Assembly (NCBI RefSeq): GCF_000317085.1
Contig: NC_019702.1
Location: forward strand, 370,394-402,393
DNA from: Synechococcus sp. PCC 7502
GTDB taxonomy: Bacteria > Cyanobacteriota > Cyanobacteriia > Pseudanabaenales > Pseudanabaenaceae
Direction: 5' to 3'
Length of the DNA stretch: 32,000 bases
Under the pieces are notes generated by a model, which did not search any database, had not been told where the DNA came from, and saw nothing but the letters and a program-made list of their open reading frames with translations. The position numbers were made by a program, and so were the translations under genes. Shown here in pieces: positions 1-8,670 of this stretch (positions are counted from its first letter, which is position 1; the number at the start of each line of letters is the position of its first letter).

Positions 1-259
1 TCTGTATGATTTCCCCGTGGATGTCCTGAAGATTGATCGATCATTTATCCAAAAAGGTAGATGGGCAGTGGTGAGGGCGATCATTCAAATTGCCGTAGCT
101 ATGGATAAGGAGATTATTGTCGAAGGCGTGGAAACCTTAGAAGAGTTGAATGCTCTTAAGCAAATGTCTTGCTTCCAGGGACAGGGATATTACTTTTATA
201 AACCCCTTGATGCTAGTGCAATTACCCAACTGATTGCAGAAGAGTTGCAAAAAGATTAA
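1..259 (+). CDS. EAL-domain (c-di-GMP phosphodiesterase type) protein, C-terminal fragment; the 5' end lies outside the window
   Basis: The reading frame is open from the window edge. The translation LYDFPVDVLKIDRSFIQ...IVEGVETLEELNALKQMSCFQGQGYYFYKPL matches conserved C-terminal EAL-domain blocks (LKIDRSF, EGVE, QGY). Confidence 0.8.
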   Translation, partial: LYDFPVDVLKIDRSFIQKGRWAVVRAIIQIAVAMDKEIIVEGVETLEELNALKQMSCFQGQGYYFYKPLDASAITQLIAEELQKD

Positions 260-285
260 CTTTCAATATATTTACTGAATTTTGC

Positions 286-1302
286 TCAATTTTGCTCAAT
301 CTGACAATGCACCAAAACTGCCGTAATGTTGTCATAGCCATTTAGATCATTTCCAAGCTGGATTAAATCTTGAGCCGCAATGCTTAAATCACTATTTTTG
401 TCTATGGATTGGAGTTGTTGCCAATGATCTTCAACCACGTTATTATCACTCAGTCCATCGGAACATAGTAAAAATAGACTAGTACTATCCAGATTAAAAA
501 AGGCGATCGCTGGCTCAAGGGATGCCGAAATATTAGGTCCAAGTGCTTGGGTGAGTTGATGGGCATCGCCACGGCTGTAAGCAATCGTCTCGGATACACC
601 TTGATCAATTAATCTATTGGCGACTTCATGATCACGGGTAAGTTGAGTTAAGCCATCGGCGGTAATTTTATAAATTCGACTATCTCCAATATGGGCGATC
701 GCCACTTCAGTCCCATAAATAACCAAAATTACTAGGGTTGTTCCCATCCGTCCAGCATCTCGGCGCATTTCCGCTTCATTCCGATCATAAATTTCCTGAT
801 TAGCGATCCCAATAATTTCCGTTAGTTTCTCTTGACTAGGTAGCCCCGATGTCCAAAAGGGCTTAAAGCTTTCCGCAATTGATTCCAAGGCGATCGCACT
901 TGCGACTTCACCGCCGTCATGACCACCCATACCATCACATAGAATAAATAAGCCTCGATGGGTCTGAAACTCTGGCTGACTGTGGCTCACGGTAGTCATA
1001 AATTGACTAAAGCACCTAAATCCATCTTCATTATGCTCCCGTTCTTTGCCCACATCGCTTAATGCGGCATACTTAAGACTAATTAAGTGGGAATTGCATA
1101 GTTCTGGATCGGTAACATCCTCCCCCACATCACCACTGGTTATATCTCCTGAATCAGCCAATCCCGAATTAGCCAATTCCAAAGGATCAGTATCTTCTGA
1201 ATTTTCTGAAGTGATAATCTCGATCCCACAGTTTTGGCAGAATTTATTAACATCAGGATTATCGAATCCACAGGCAGAACACTTAATCATAGTTTTTTTC
1301 AC
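286..1302 (-). CDS. PP2C-family Ser/Thr protein phosphatase with an N-terminal zinc-ribbon
   Basis: N-terminus CSACGFDNPDVNKFCQNCG is a Cys4 zinc ribbon. PP2C motifs are present: SDVGKEREHNEDGF, LCDGMGGHDGGEVAS, GDSRIY, LLCSDGLSD. The track start at 1302 is GTG; an ATG four codons downstream is an alternative start. Confidence 0.85.
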   Translation of the reverse strand: MKKTMIKCSACGFDNPDVNKFCQNCGIEIITSENSEDTDPLELANSGLADSGDITSGDVGEDVTDPELCNSHLISLKYAALSDVGKEREHNEDGFRCFSQFMTTVSHSQPEFQTHRGLFILCDGMGGHDGGEVASAIALESIAESFKPFWTSGLPSQEKLTEIIGIANQEIYDRNEAEMRRDAGRMGTTLVILVIYGTEVAIAHIGDSRIYKITADGLTQLTRDHEVANRLIDQGVSETIAYSRGDAHQLTQALGPNISASLEPAIAFFNLDSTSLFLLCSDGLSDNNVVEDHWQQLQSIDKNSDLSIAAQDLIQLGNDLNGYDNITAVLVHCQIEQN

Positions 1303-1314
1303 TTATTAAAAAAT

Positions 1315-1851
1315 CTAGCGTAAAACCTGACGACGAAAATCCCTAGGACTTATACGCATAGGATCTTGAGGATTCCATACTCCCAGTTCTAATAGCCTTG
1401 CCTCTGACTCTAACATCTTGAGCTTATTTTCATACTTAACATTGGGAGGAAAAACATCAGCAAGGACATAGCCTTCTTTAACTAATTGGGCATTCACTAA
1501 GGTATTACCCTGCCAAATATATGCCTGTAGGCGATCGCCCCTCTCTTTCTGTTCTTGATCAAACTCTAAAACAACTGGTTGATCTTTTACTAACTGTTCT
1601 AGTCTTTGGCGGGCTAAGTTGCCCCAAGGTTCTTGCTCTTTCCAAGGTGCCGCAATCCCCAACAGACGAATTCGTGTGGTTATGCCAGCATTAGATTTTG
1701 CTGCTACAGTTTGCCCAGTTAAAACCCGTGTTACTGTCCAAATTTCACCACTTGGAGCCTTTGGCGATCGCCACCAAACCTGCATTACCAAATTAACTGC
1801 AATCAAAACAATTACACCTAGAAAAATCAGAGGTATTCTATTAGCCATCAT
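1315..1851 (-). CDS. Membrane-anchored thermonuclease (staphylococcal nuclease, SNase-like) family protein
   Basis: N-terminal hydrophobic helix IPLIFLGVIVLIAVNLV, followed by SNase-like blocks RIRLLGIAAP...ARQRLEQLV...DRLQAYIW...VNAQLVKEGYV. The track start is TTG at 1854; ATG at 1851 is preferred. Confidence 0.78.
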   Translation of the reverse strand: MMANRIPLIFLGVIVLIAVNLVMQVWWRSPKAPSGEIWTVTRVLTGQTVAAKSNAGITTRIRLLGIAAPWKEQEPWGNLARQRLEQLVKDQPVVLEFDQEQKERGDRLQAYIWQGNTLVNAQLVKEGYVLADVFPPNVKYENKLKMLESEARLLELGVWNPQDPMRISPRDFRRQVLR

Positions 1852-1865
1852 CAATCAGCCCCAAC

Positions 1866-2381
1866 CTAGTAGGAAACTAAGCTAAAAATCGGAATATTAG
1901 CAGGTAGCGCCAATCGCCCAGACAGAAAAGATAGCTCAATTAAAAAGGCAAAGCCTACAACAATTCCCCCTCCTAATTCCACCAACTTAGCCGTAGCGGA
2001 TGCAGTTCCCCCCGTAGCAATTACATCATCAACAATTAAAACTCTGCTGCCGTTACCAAAAGCATCTTGGTGCATTTCTAGGCGATCGGTGCCATACTCC
2101 AAGGCATACTCAGCTTGATATACAGGTGCAGGTAGTTTTTTCGGTTTACGCACAGGAATAAAGCCCGCTTGCAATTTATAGGCGATCGGTGCGCCCAGAA
2201 TAAAGCCCCTAGACTCAATTCCCACCACATAGTCAATGTGCAAATCTTGAGTTAGGTTAACTAATCCATTAGTGATTTCTGATAAACCTTGTGGATGTGC
2301 CAATACTGGAGTAATGTCTCGAAACATAATACCGGGCGTGGGAAAATCAGGAATATCACGAATTAGGCTTTTTATATCCAT
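1866..2381 (-). CDS. apt: Adenine phosphoribosyltransferase
   Basis: 171 aa. [19 protein letters not shown] at the N-terminus and the PRPP-binding loop [14 protein letters not shown]. Confidence 0.93.
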   Translation of the reverse strand: MDIKSLIRDIPDFPTPGIMFRDITPVLAHPQGLSEITNGLVNLTQDLHIDYVVGIESRGFILGAPIAYKLQAGFIPVRKPKKLPAPVYQAEYALEYGTDRLEMHQDAFGNGSRVLIVDDVIATGGTASATAKLVELGGGIVVGFAFLIELSFLSGRLALPANIPIFSLVSY

Positions 2382-2611
2382 AGGGCTTTTTTACTTAAAT
2401 TTAGTTAAATTTACTGGAATTAATTGCACCGCCTTTCCGCCTAACTTTTACCACTCAATTGCTACCAATGGCAAGAGTCGCCTTAACTTTTCATATTCTG
2501 AATACAGGTATTCTGGATAGAGAAATTATGGGTATAAACCCTAAGGGTTAAGAATAACTTAAGTATTTAAGTCAAAATAGTAGTAACCAATATTGTTAAG
2601 TATGATTTTTG

Positions 2612-3730
2612 ATGAATGCGATGAAGACTGTAATTAATAGTTTGCCCATTTTAGCGATCGCCCCCAGTCAAGTAATTAGAGGGCAGGGCATAGTGCATAA
2701 ATTAGTAGATTATTTACCGACTTGGTTACAAGGATCAGGAAAGTCTGCCCTTATAATTTCAGGTACAAAGTCTAAAGCATCCGTAAAAACCGCCTTGGAT
2801 CAAGCAGACATACCCATTCATTACGCCGATCCCATTGAAAATTGTAGTGAAGTCAACCTCAAAAAACTACAGGCAGAAATTACTAAGCACCAGCCCCATT
2901 TCATCATCGGTTGTGGTGGAGGCAAGGTTTTGGATACGGCAAAATTAATTGCCCATCAACATAATTTGCCGATAGTGACAATCCCTACGACAGCAGCCAC
3001 CTGTGCCGCTTGGACAGCCTTGAGTAATGTTTACACCGAAGCAGGTGCATTTAGTTATGATGTAGTGTTAAGTCGATGTCCAGATTTAATCTTAGTTGAT
3101 TATGATTTAATTTCCACTGCCCCTCAACGTACTTTAATTGCAGGAATTGGGGATGCGATCGCTAAATGGTACGAAGCCTCAGTCAGTAGTGGTAGCAGTG
3201 ATAAAACCTTAGTAATTGCCGCCGTTCAAGAAGCGAGAATTTTACGGGATATTTTATTTCAGAAATCCACCGAAGCATTACAAAATCCCACAGGCAGTGT
3301 ATGGCAAGAGGTTGTTGATGCCACAGTTTGTCTAGCGGGAATAATTGGTGGGATGGGAGGAGCGCAATGTCGCACTGTTGCTGCCCACGCTGTCCATAAT
3401 GGTTTAACCCATCTGCCTCAATCGCATCATACTCTTCACGGAGAAAAGGTCGCCTATGGTATTTTGGTGCAACTGCGACTGGAAGAGTTTCAGGGCAACC
3501 AACTAGCAGCTACAGCCCGCCAACAACTTTTAAAGTTTTATAGTGAGATTAAATTACCCCAAAATCTAGGTGACTTGGCGCTAGGAGATATTACCCTTAA
3601 GGAATTAGAAACAGTGGCAGCGATCGCCTGTAAAGGTGGATCAGACTTACATAATCTACCCTTTTATGTCCATGAACATCAGCTAATTGCCGCTATGGTT
3701 TCGACAACTGTACCGCTTGTTGCGGCTTGA
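2612..3730 (+). CDS. Iron-containing alcohol dehydrogenase family protein (glycerol-dehydrogenase-like)
   Basis: GCGGGKVLDTAKLIA nucleotide-binding block, GIGDAIAKWYE, and the metal-binding histidines region AAHAVHNGLT...LHGEKVAYG. The track start is TTG at 2609; ATG at 2612 is preferred. Confidence 0.8.
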   Translation: MNAMKTVINSLPILAIAPSQVIRGQGIVHKLVDYLPTWLQGSGKSALIISGTKSKASVKTALDQADIPIHYADPIENCSEVNLKKLQAEITKHQPHFIIGCGGGKVLDTAKLIAHQHNLPIVTIPTTAATCAAWTALSNVYTEAGAFSYDVVLSRCPDLILVDYDLISTAPQRTLIAGIGDAIAKWYEASVSSGSSDKTLVIAAVQEARILRDILFQKSTEALQNPTGSVWQEVVDATVCLAGIIGGMGGAQCRTVAAHAVHNGLTHLPQSHHTLHGEKVAYGILVQLRLEEFQGNQLAATARQQLLKFYSEIKLPQNLGDLALGDITLKELETVAAIACKGGSDLHNLPFYVHEHQLIAAMVSTTVPLVAA

Positions 3731-3745
3731 TCAATCAGTAACTAA

Positions 3746-4480
3746 TTAAGCTGGGGTTGATTCAGAAATGGTCGCCGAGCTAGGTTGAAACCGACTGAGA
3801 ACCCAATTCCAAAACATTTGCCATAGAGTGATAAACCAATTGCCCTTTAGTTCTTGGAACATTTCCATATTCAGATGAAAAGCATAATTAGCCTCATCCA
3901 CAATTTTGTCCTGAGTGGCATCATCGACCGATAGGGTATCCAACAATGCTCGATACTTTTTCTTATATTCCCCATGATTTTTAATAGTAGGAAATTCATA
4001 GAAAGCCGTACCATTGCCATCTTTTAGTCCCATCGCTTGCTTGGCAATTTTTTTGAGAATTTGTCCACCCGATAGGTCACCCATATAGCGGGTATAGGCA
4101 TGGGCAGCCAACAGTTCGGGAGTATTATTAGAAACCGCTTGAATATGCTTTACATATTTTTTGCAAGCTTCGGAGGGTTGGGCTAGATTGCGCCAGTCGG
4201 TACCATAGTAGTATGCTAAATCCTGCTCTAGGCTTTTTTCTCTCCAGAGATCGGGGGTATAAAGACTACTTAAAACTGGATGATCTTTGTGCCGAGTTAG
4301 TTCAGCTTCTAGGGCAGTATAAACAAAGTAAAAATTTGCAGCCAATTTACGGTAGGACTCTTTATCAATTACGCCCTGTAAAAAGCATTTAATAAAATCT
4401 GCCCCTTCTGCCATGGAATGAGACTTGGCGGTACCATCCCGTAATTTTGCGGCTAAACCACTATTTAAATTAGAACTCAC
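3746..4480 (-). CDS. ho1: Heme oxygenase (biliverdin-producing)
   Basis: Collinear with remembered Synechocystis HO-1 (LR.GT.KSHSMAE...FVKCFL.GV..K.SYRKL, YTRY.GDLSGGQILKKIA). GTG start preceded by AGGAG. Confidence 0.92.
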   Translation of the reverse strand: MSSNLNSGLAAKLRDGTAKSHSMAEGADFIKCFLQGVIDKESYRKLAANFYFVYTALEAELTRHKDHPVLSSLYTPDLWREKSLEQDLAYYYGTDWRNLAQPSEACKKYVKHIQAVSNNTPELLAAHAYTRYMGDLSGGQILKKIAKQAMGLKDGNGTAFYEFPTIKNHGEYKKKYRALLDTLSVDDATQDKIVDEANYAFHLNMEMFQELKGNWFITLWQMFWNWVLSRFQPSSATISESTPA

Positions 4481-4559
4481 TGTGACTCCTGATTATTTAC
4501 TACTATTAAAAGATTTTTATATTTGTATATATAGCGTTTAGAGCGGTTAGATTGCAGCA

Positions 4560-4590
4560 TTTGTATAAAATTTGTATAAATTTGTATAAA
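4560..4590. repeat. Three direct copies of TTTGTATAAA (4560-4569, 4571-4580, 4581-4590) in the ho1/ndhC divergent intergenic region
   Basis: Read directly from the sequence. Related TGTATA cores occur at about 4524 and 4607. Confidence 0.9.
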
Positions 4591-4739
4591 TGGATTGGCA
4601 TAAAGCTGTATAACTGCAAACCAATCATAATTATAAAATTTGATCATGGCGAAGTATGAGTACTGACATAAATTTTTACGGTTAACCCAGCTATACTAGA
4701 TTTCAGATATTAATTTAGATATATTAAGAGGAAAAGACC

Positions 4740-5099
4740 TTGGTTCTAAGCGGTTATGAGTACCTTCTGGTATTTTTGATAGTCTGTACCCTTGTTCCTG
4801 TCTCAGGATTAGTTTTAGCAAAATTTCTTAGTCCTGCGATCGCATCTCCAACCAGCCGCACTACCTATGAGTCTGGATGTGAACCAAAGGGTGGGGCATG
4901 GATTCAATTTAATATTCGCTATTATATGTTTGCCCTTGCCTTTGTAATTTTTGATGTAGAAACTGTGTTTTTATATCCTTGGGCAGTGGCTTTTAGTCAG
5001 TTGGGATTACTAGCTTTCATTGAAGCTTTAATCTTTATTGCGATTCTAGTTTTAGGTTTAGTATATGCTTGGCGCAAAGGAGCTTTAGAATGGTCATGA
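4740..5099 (+). CDS. ndhC: NAD(P)H-quinone oxidoreductase (NDH-1) subunit 3, NdhC
   Basis: Near-identical blocks to cyanobacterial NdhC ([50 protein letters not shown]...[11 protein letters not shown]). TTG start at 4740, 7 nt after AAGAGGA. Confidence 0.95.
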   Translation: MVLSGYEYLLVFLIVCTLVPVSGLVLAKFLSPAIASPTSRTTYESGCEPKGGAWIQFNIRYYMFALAFVIFDVETVFLYPWAVAFSQLGLLAFIEALIFIAILVLGLVYAWRKGALEWS

Positions 5100-5836
5100 A
5101 AGCAGAGAATGTTAGTTTAGATTTTAGTATTGAGGATCAAAAACAACGCTTAATCAATCCCATCGAAGAATCAAGGGTAACCCAAGATTTATCTAATAAC
5201 GTAGTGCTTACCACCCTGAATGACCTCTACAACTGGGCAAGAATGTCTAGTCTGTGGCCCATGCTCTATGGCACTAGCTGTTGTTTTATTGAGTTTGCGG
5301 CAATGTTGGGATCAAGGTTTGACTTCGATCGCTTTGGTTTACTACCTCGTTCTAGTCCCCGTCAAGCAGATTTAATTATTACGGCTGGCACAGTGACCAT
5401 GAAAATGGCTCCCGCTTTAGTTAGGTTGTATGAACAGATGGCAGAACCTAAGTATGTAATTGCTATGGGTGCTTGTACGATTACAGGCGGTATGTTTAGT
5501 ACCGAGTCTTACACTACAGTGCGTGGAGTCGATAAATTAATTCCTGTGGATGTGTATTTGCCCGGCTGTCCACCCCGACCCGAAGCAATTTTTGATGCCA
5601 TTATTAAGCTCCGCAAAAAAATTGATGCCGAGGGTTATAAGGACAAAGCATTTACTAATCAAACCCATCGTTTCTATAGCGTCAAGCATGAACTGAAAGT
5701 AGTTGAGCCAATTTTAACTGGTAAATATTTAGAACTACCCACCCGTATAGCTCCGCCCAAAGCTTTAGTGGAATCTGGCATTCCTTTGCCAGCGTTGGAA
5801 ATTGCCAAGAAGCAGGAGGTAGAAATTAATGGCTGA
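5096..5836 (+). CDS. ndhK: NDH-1 subunit NdhK
   Basis: [44 protein letters not shown], and [19 protein letters not shown]. An ATG at 5096 forms an ATGA overlap with the ndhC stop. In-frame ATGs at 5069 and 5090 are alternatives. Confidence 0.92.
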   Translation: MKAENVSLDFSIEDQKQRLINPIEESRVTQDLSNNVVLTTLNDLYNWARMSSLWPMLYGTSCCFIEFAAMLGSRFDFDRFGLLPRSSPRQADLIITAGTVTMKMAPALVRLYEQMAEPKYVIAMGACTITGGMFSTESYTTVRGVDKLIPVDVYLPGCPPRPEAIFDAIIKLRKKIDAEGYKDKAFTNQTHRFYSVKHELKVVEPILTGKYLELPTRIAPPKALVESGIPLPALEIAKKQEVEING

Positions 5837-6362
5837 AGAAATTAAAGCATCAGAGGGGCTGGAAGAAACCACGGCGATCGCTATTACAGATAAAATTTCT
5901 GGTTGGCTGACGGAGAATGGTTTTAGTCATGAGTTTTTAGGCTTAGATCATCAGGGTATTCCGATCCTTAAAGTCCAGCGTGACTATTTACTGCCTTTTG
6001 CTACAGCCTTGTATGCCTATGGATTTAACTACTTAATGTGTCAGTGTGGTTATGACTCTGGAGCAGGTGCAGATTTGGTCAGTACCTATCATTTGGTGAA
6101 GCTTACGGATAACCCTCAAACTAAGCCCGATGAAGTGAAAGTGAAAGTATTTTTACCTCGCCATGACCCTAGGGTACCTTCGGTATTTTGGATTTGGAAA
6201 TCCGCAGATTGGCAGGAACGGGAGACCTATGATATGTATGGCATTATCTACGAAGGGCATCCAAACCTGAAACGAATTTTAATGCCTGAGGATTGGGTAG
6301 GCTATCCGATGCGCAAGGATTATATTACTCCAGATTTTTACGAGCTACAGGATGCTTACTAG
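5829..6362 (+). CDS. ndhJ: NDH-1 subunit NdhJ
   Basis: [70 protein letters not shown]. Overlaps the ndhK 3' end by 8 nt. Confidence 0.95.
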   Translation: MAEEIKASEGLEETTAIAITDKISGWLTENGFSHEFLGLDHQGIPILKVQRDYLLPFATALYAYGFNYLMCQCGYDSGAGADLVSTYHLVKLTDNPQTKPDEVKVKVFLPRHDPRVPSVFWIWKSADWQERETYDMYGIIYEGHPNLKRILMPEDWVGYPMRKDYITPDFYELQDAY

Positions 6363-6396
6363 GTCTTGAAGTTTAAGTCACTTTTTACCACACTAT

Positions 6397-6418
6397 AGGG
6401 CTAAGCTGCCCTTTTTTT
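6397..6418 (+). terminator. Putative intrinsic terminator of the ndhCKJ operon
   Basis: AGGGC (6397-6401), loop TAAGCT, GCCCT (6408-6412), then TTTTTT (6413-6418). Located 35 nt after the ndhJ stop. Confidence 0.55.
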
Positions 6419-6553
6419 ATGTTTACTCCCTTCCCACTATAAAAATGGACTTGATTAAATGGGCTGAAGGGTTTGCCTCCTACACTCCGTATCAAAACAA
6501 TCACAGAAAGGCTGTACTGAGGTAGATATTTCTTTTGCGGGGTAGATTTATTT

Positions 6554-7501
6554 ATGCTAGTTTTTCTAATTCATGGTGTCGCGACTCAAGATTCAGGTTA
6601 CGGAGATCAATTCAAGAAAAAAGTTAAAGAAATTCTGACTCAGAAAGATAAAAAACTCGTATTACCCATTTTTTACTCTAGCTTTTGGGGACATTCGTTT
6701 AAAAACAAAACCGATCAACTCTTTAACTGGGTTCGCTCGGATGTTAACGAATTGTCCGAAAAATGCAAGGAACTAAGAGGTAGTGAACAGGACATCTATC
6801 GCTACCAAGAGCATCGTGAAGGCTTTATTGCCAGATTTTTTGGCGACTTCTTGACCTATCTCAATAATGATAGAGGCGCATCAATTCGCAGACAAATCTT
6901 TCATCAATTCCAAGACTTTGTTAATAACCATCCCGAGGAACAAGAAATAACGATCTCCTCCCATTCTCTCGGCACATTAGTTCTCTGGGATCTCCTTTTC
7001 GCTAAAGACTTACCCGAAAATGATTCGGCTTACGAATTTCGCAAAATATTTAACTCAAGTAACTCTAAGTATAAATTAAACGGACTTGTGACAATGGGAT
7101 CACCACTGCTATTCATGCGCCTCAAGCAAAATATAGACTTTTCCGCAGTTGATGAGTTTGTAGCCACAAACAAAAACAAGCTCACTTGGATAAATATCAT
7201 TCATGCTTCAGATCTAATTTCCTATCCTCTTGGTAATGCCATTAAACACGATAAAGCTAAGAATTTCTTTTTTACCGATCAATATCTCTGGATGCACGCC
7301 AACGGGTCAGAATCAGGTGCTTTGCGATTTGGTCAAGCCCACGCTGGTATGGCTTTAGGTATGGCAGATGCTCACAGCTCTTATTGGAATAATGATGTTG
7401 CTGCGGACTTAGTGGCTTCCCTCATTAGAGGAGACATAACTACCTTAGCCACTCAAACAGTACATACAGGTTGGAGAAGTTTTAACAAAGATTTAAGTTA
7501 A
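6554..7501 (+). CDS. Hypothetical alpha/beta-hydrolase-like (putative serine hydrolase/lipase-like) protein
   Basis: N-terminal beta-strand plus HG (MLVFLIHGV), nucleophile-elbow-like SSHSLGT, and later candidate Asp (IIHASDLISYP) and His (ADAHSSYW). No specific family recognised. Confidence 0.55.
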   Translation: MLVFLIHGVATQDSGYGDQFKKKVKEILTQKDKKLVLPIFYSSFWGHSFKNKTDQLFNWVRSDVNELSEKCKELRGSEQDIYRYQEHREGFIARFFGDFLTYLNNDRGASIRRQIFHQFQDFVNNHPEEQEITISSHSLGTLVLWDLLFAKDLPENDSAYEFRKIFNSSNSKYKLNGLVTMGSPLLFMRLKQNIDFSAVDEFVATNKNKLTWINIIHASDLISYPLGNAIKHDKAKNFFFTDQYLWMHANGSESGALRFGQAHAGMALGMADAHSSYWNNDVAADLVASLIRGDITTLATQTVHTGWRSFNKDLS

Positions 7502-7605
7502 AATCCTTAGATCACAAACAATTTTATCTACTAGAAGCCAACTTTGAGCCTAGTTGTATGTATCTGCCAGATTGTATAGAAAACGAAGACCTAAATGTAT
7601 AATAA

Positions 7606-8499
7606 ATGCAGCAATTATCTCAAAATGAATTCGATAAAATTAGCCCCACGGCGTTATTAGTGGCATACGCCAGAACTTTTACAGACATTCACTACACTAA
7701 GCAATTATCTGAGGCAGTTAATTCCCAGTCTGTAGTTGAAGGTCTTTTAGGGCAGAAATTAGAGGAAGTTGCAGAAATTACGGTTTTAATTGAGAGTCGC
7801 TATCGCAGTATAGATCGGGCGATCGCCATTTTAAAATCTAAAAAAACATCTAAAAATAATTCTGGGCAGATACTAGAAATTGCCTCAGGGTTATTGCCTC
7901 GGGGCATGATTATGTCTGAGGATACTAGTCTTAGGTTTGTCGAAACGGATTTGCCTTTGATGATTGAGCAGAAAGCTAATTTAGTTAAAGTTTTAGTTGG
8001 CGATCGCCTTAATCTTCACTTTAAGCCTGTTGATATCACTGCTCTATCTAATCACTTAAAAGACTGTATAGAGTTACTGGATCGGAATCAGCCCGTCATA
8101 ATTTTATCTGAGGGTTTACTGATGTATTTAACCCATGCTCAAAAACAACAAGCATTTGCCAATGTCCGTGAATTATTGGAATTATTTGGCGGAGTCTGGA
8201 TTACTACGGATTTAGTGACGGTCAAGGCGATTAATCGGCGTAAGCAAATTAGTCCAGGACTAGGACAGATTTCACAAATGGTATCCCGACTTAGCGATCG
8301 CCCCATTGGAGATACTTATTTTCAAGATACAGAACAGATAGAAGATTTTATTACTGTCCAAGGATTTAAATGCGATCGCACCCCAGTTTTAAGCTTAATC
8401 AATCTAGATCAACTTAACTGTTTACATTCATTAAATATTAATCCCGAAATTGCGGAGGCAATATTAAGCGATGCCTATGTCTATAGTCTTAGTGTTTAA
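7606..8499 (+). CDS. Class I SAM-dependent methyltransferase (leucine carboxyl / TcmP-like O-methyltransferase family)
   Basis: N-terminal SPTALLVAYAR block, SAM-binding motif I-like ILEIASGLLPRG, VETDLP, and acidic post-I and post-II strands (IILSEGLLMYL). Confidence 0.68.
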   Translation: MQQLSQNEFDKISPTALLVAYARTFTDIHYTKQLSEAVNSQSVVEGLLGQKLEEVAEITVLIESRYRSIDRAIAILKSKKTSKNNSGQILEIASGLLPRGMIMSEDTSLRFVETDLPLMIEQKANLVKVLVGDRLNLHFKPVDITALSNHLKDCIELLDRNQPVIILSEGLLMYLTHAQKQQAFANVRELLELFGGVWITTDLVTVKAINRRKQISPGLGQISQMVSRLSDRPIGDTYFQDTEQIEDFITVQGFKCDRTPVLSLINLDQLNCLHSLNINPEIAEAILSDAYVYSLSV

Positions 8500-8670
8500 G
8501 TACATTGCATTACAGCCTATTTCACTACTTGGTTCCCCGCCTGTACGCCGAAAAGACTGTAATATCTCTTGATTAACAAGTTCTAACTTAACCACAGCTT
8601 AACTACATTGATAATTAGGTTAATATAGCTTCATAGTTTTGTTAACTTCTCTTAATTTTTCTCGTAACTA

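Noticed and set aside
6445-6525. 26-codon ORF (MDLIKWAEGFASYTPYQNNHRKAVLR) as a real small gene
   Set aside because: It is too short, has no ribosome-binding site or recognisable family, and sits just after the ndhJ terminator. It is mentioned only as a possible remnant under the hydrolase finding.
8509-8563. 7-bp inverted repeat (ATTACAG / CTGTAAT) enclosing 41 nt between the methyltransferase and the folate-biopterin transporter, considered as a THF/folate-type riboswitch or terminator
   Set aside because: No U-tract follows it. The enclosed sequence shows no internal pairing or conserved riboswitch cores that I can recognise. A single 7-bp stem is weak evidence.
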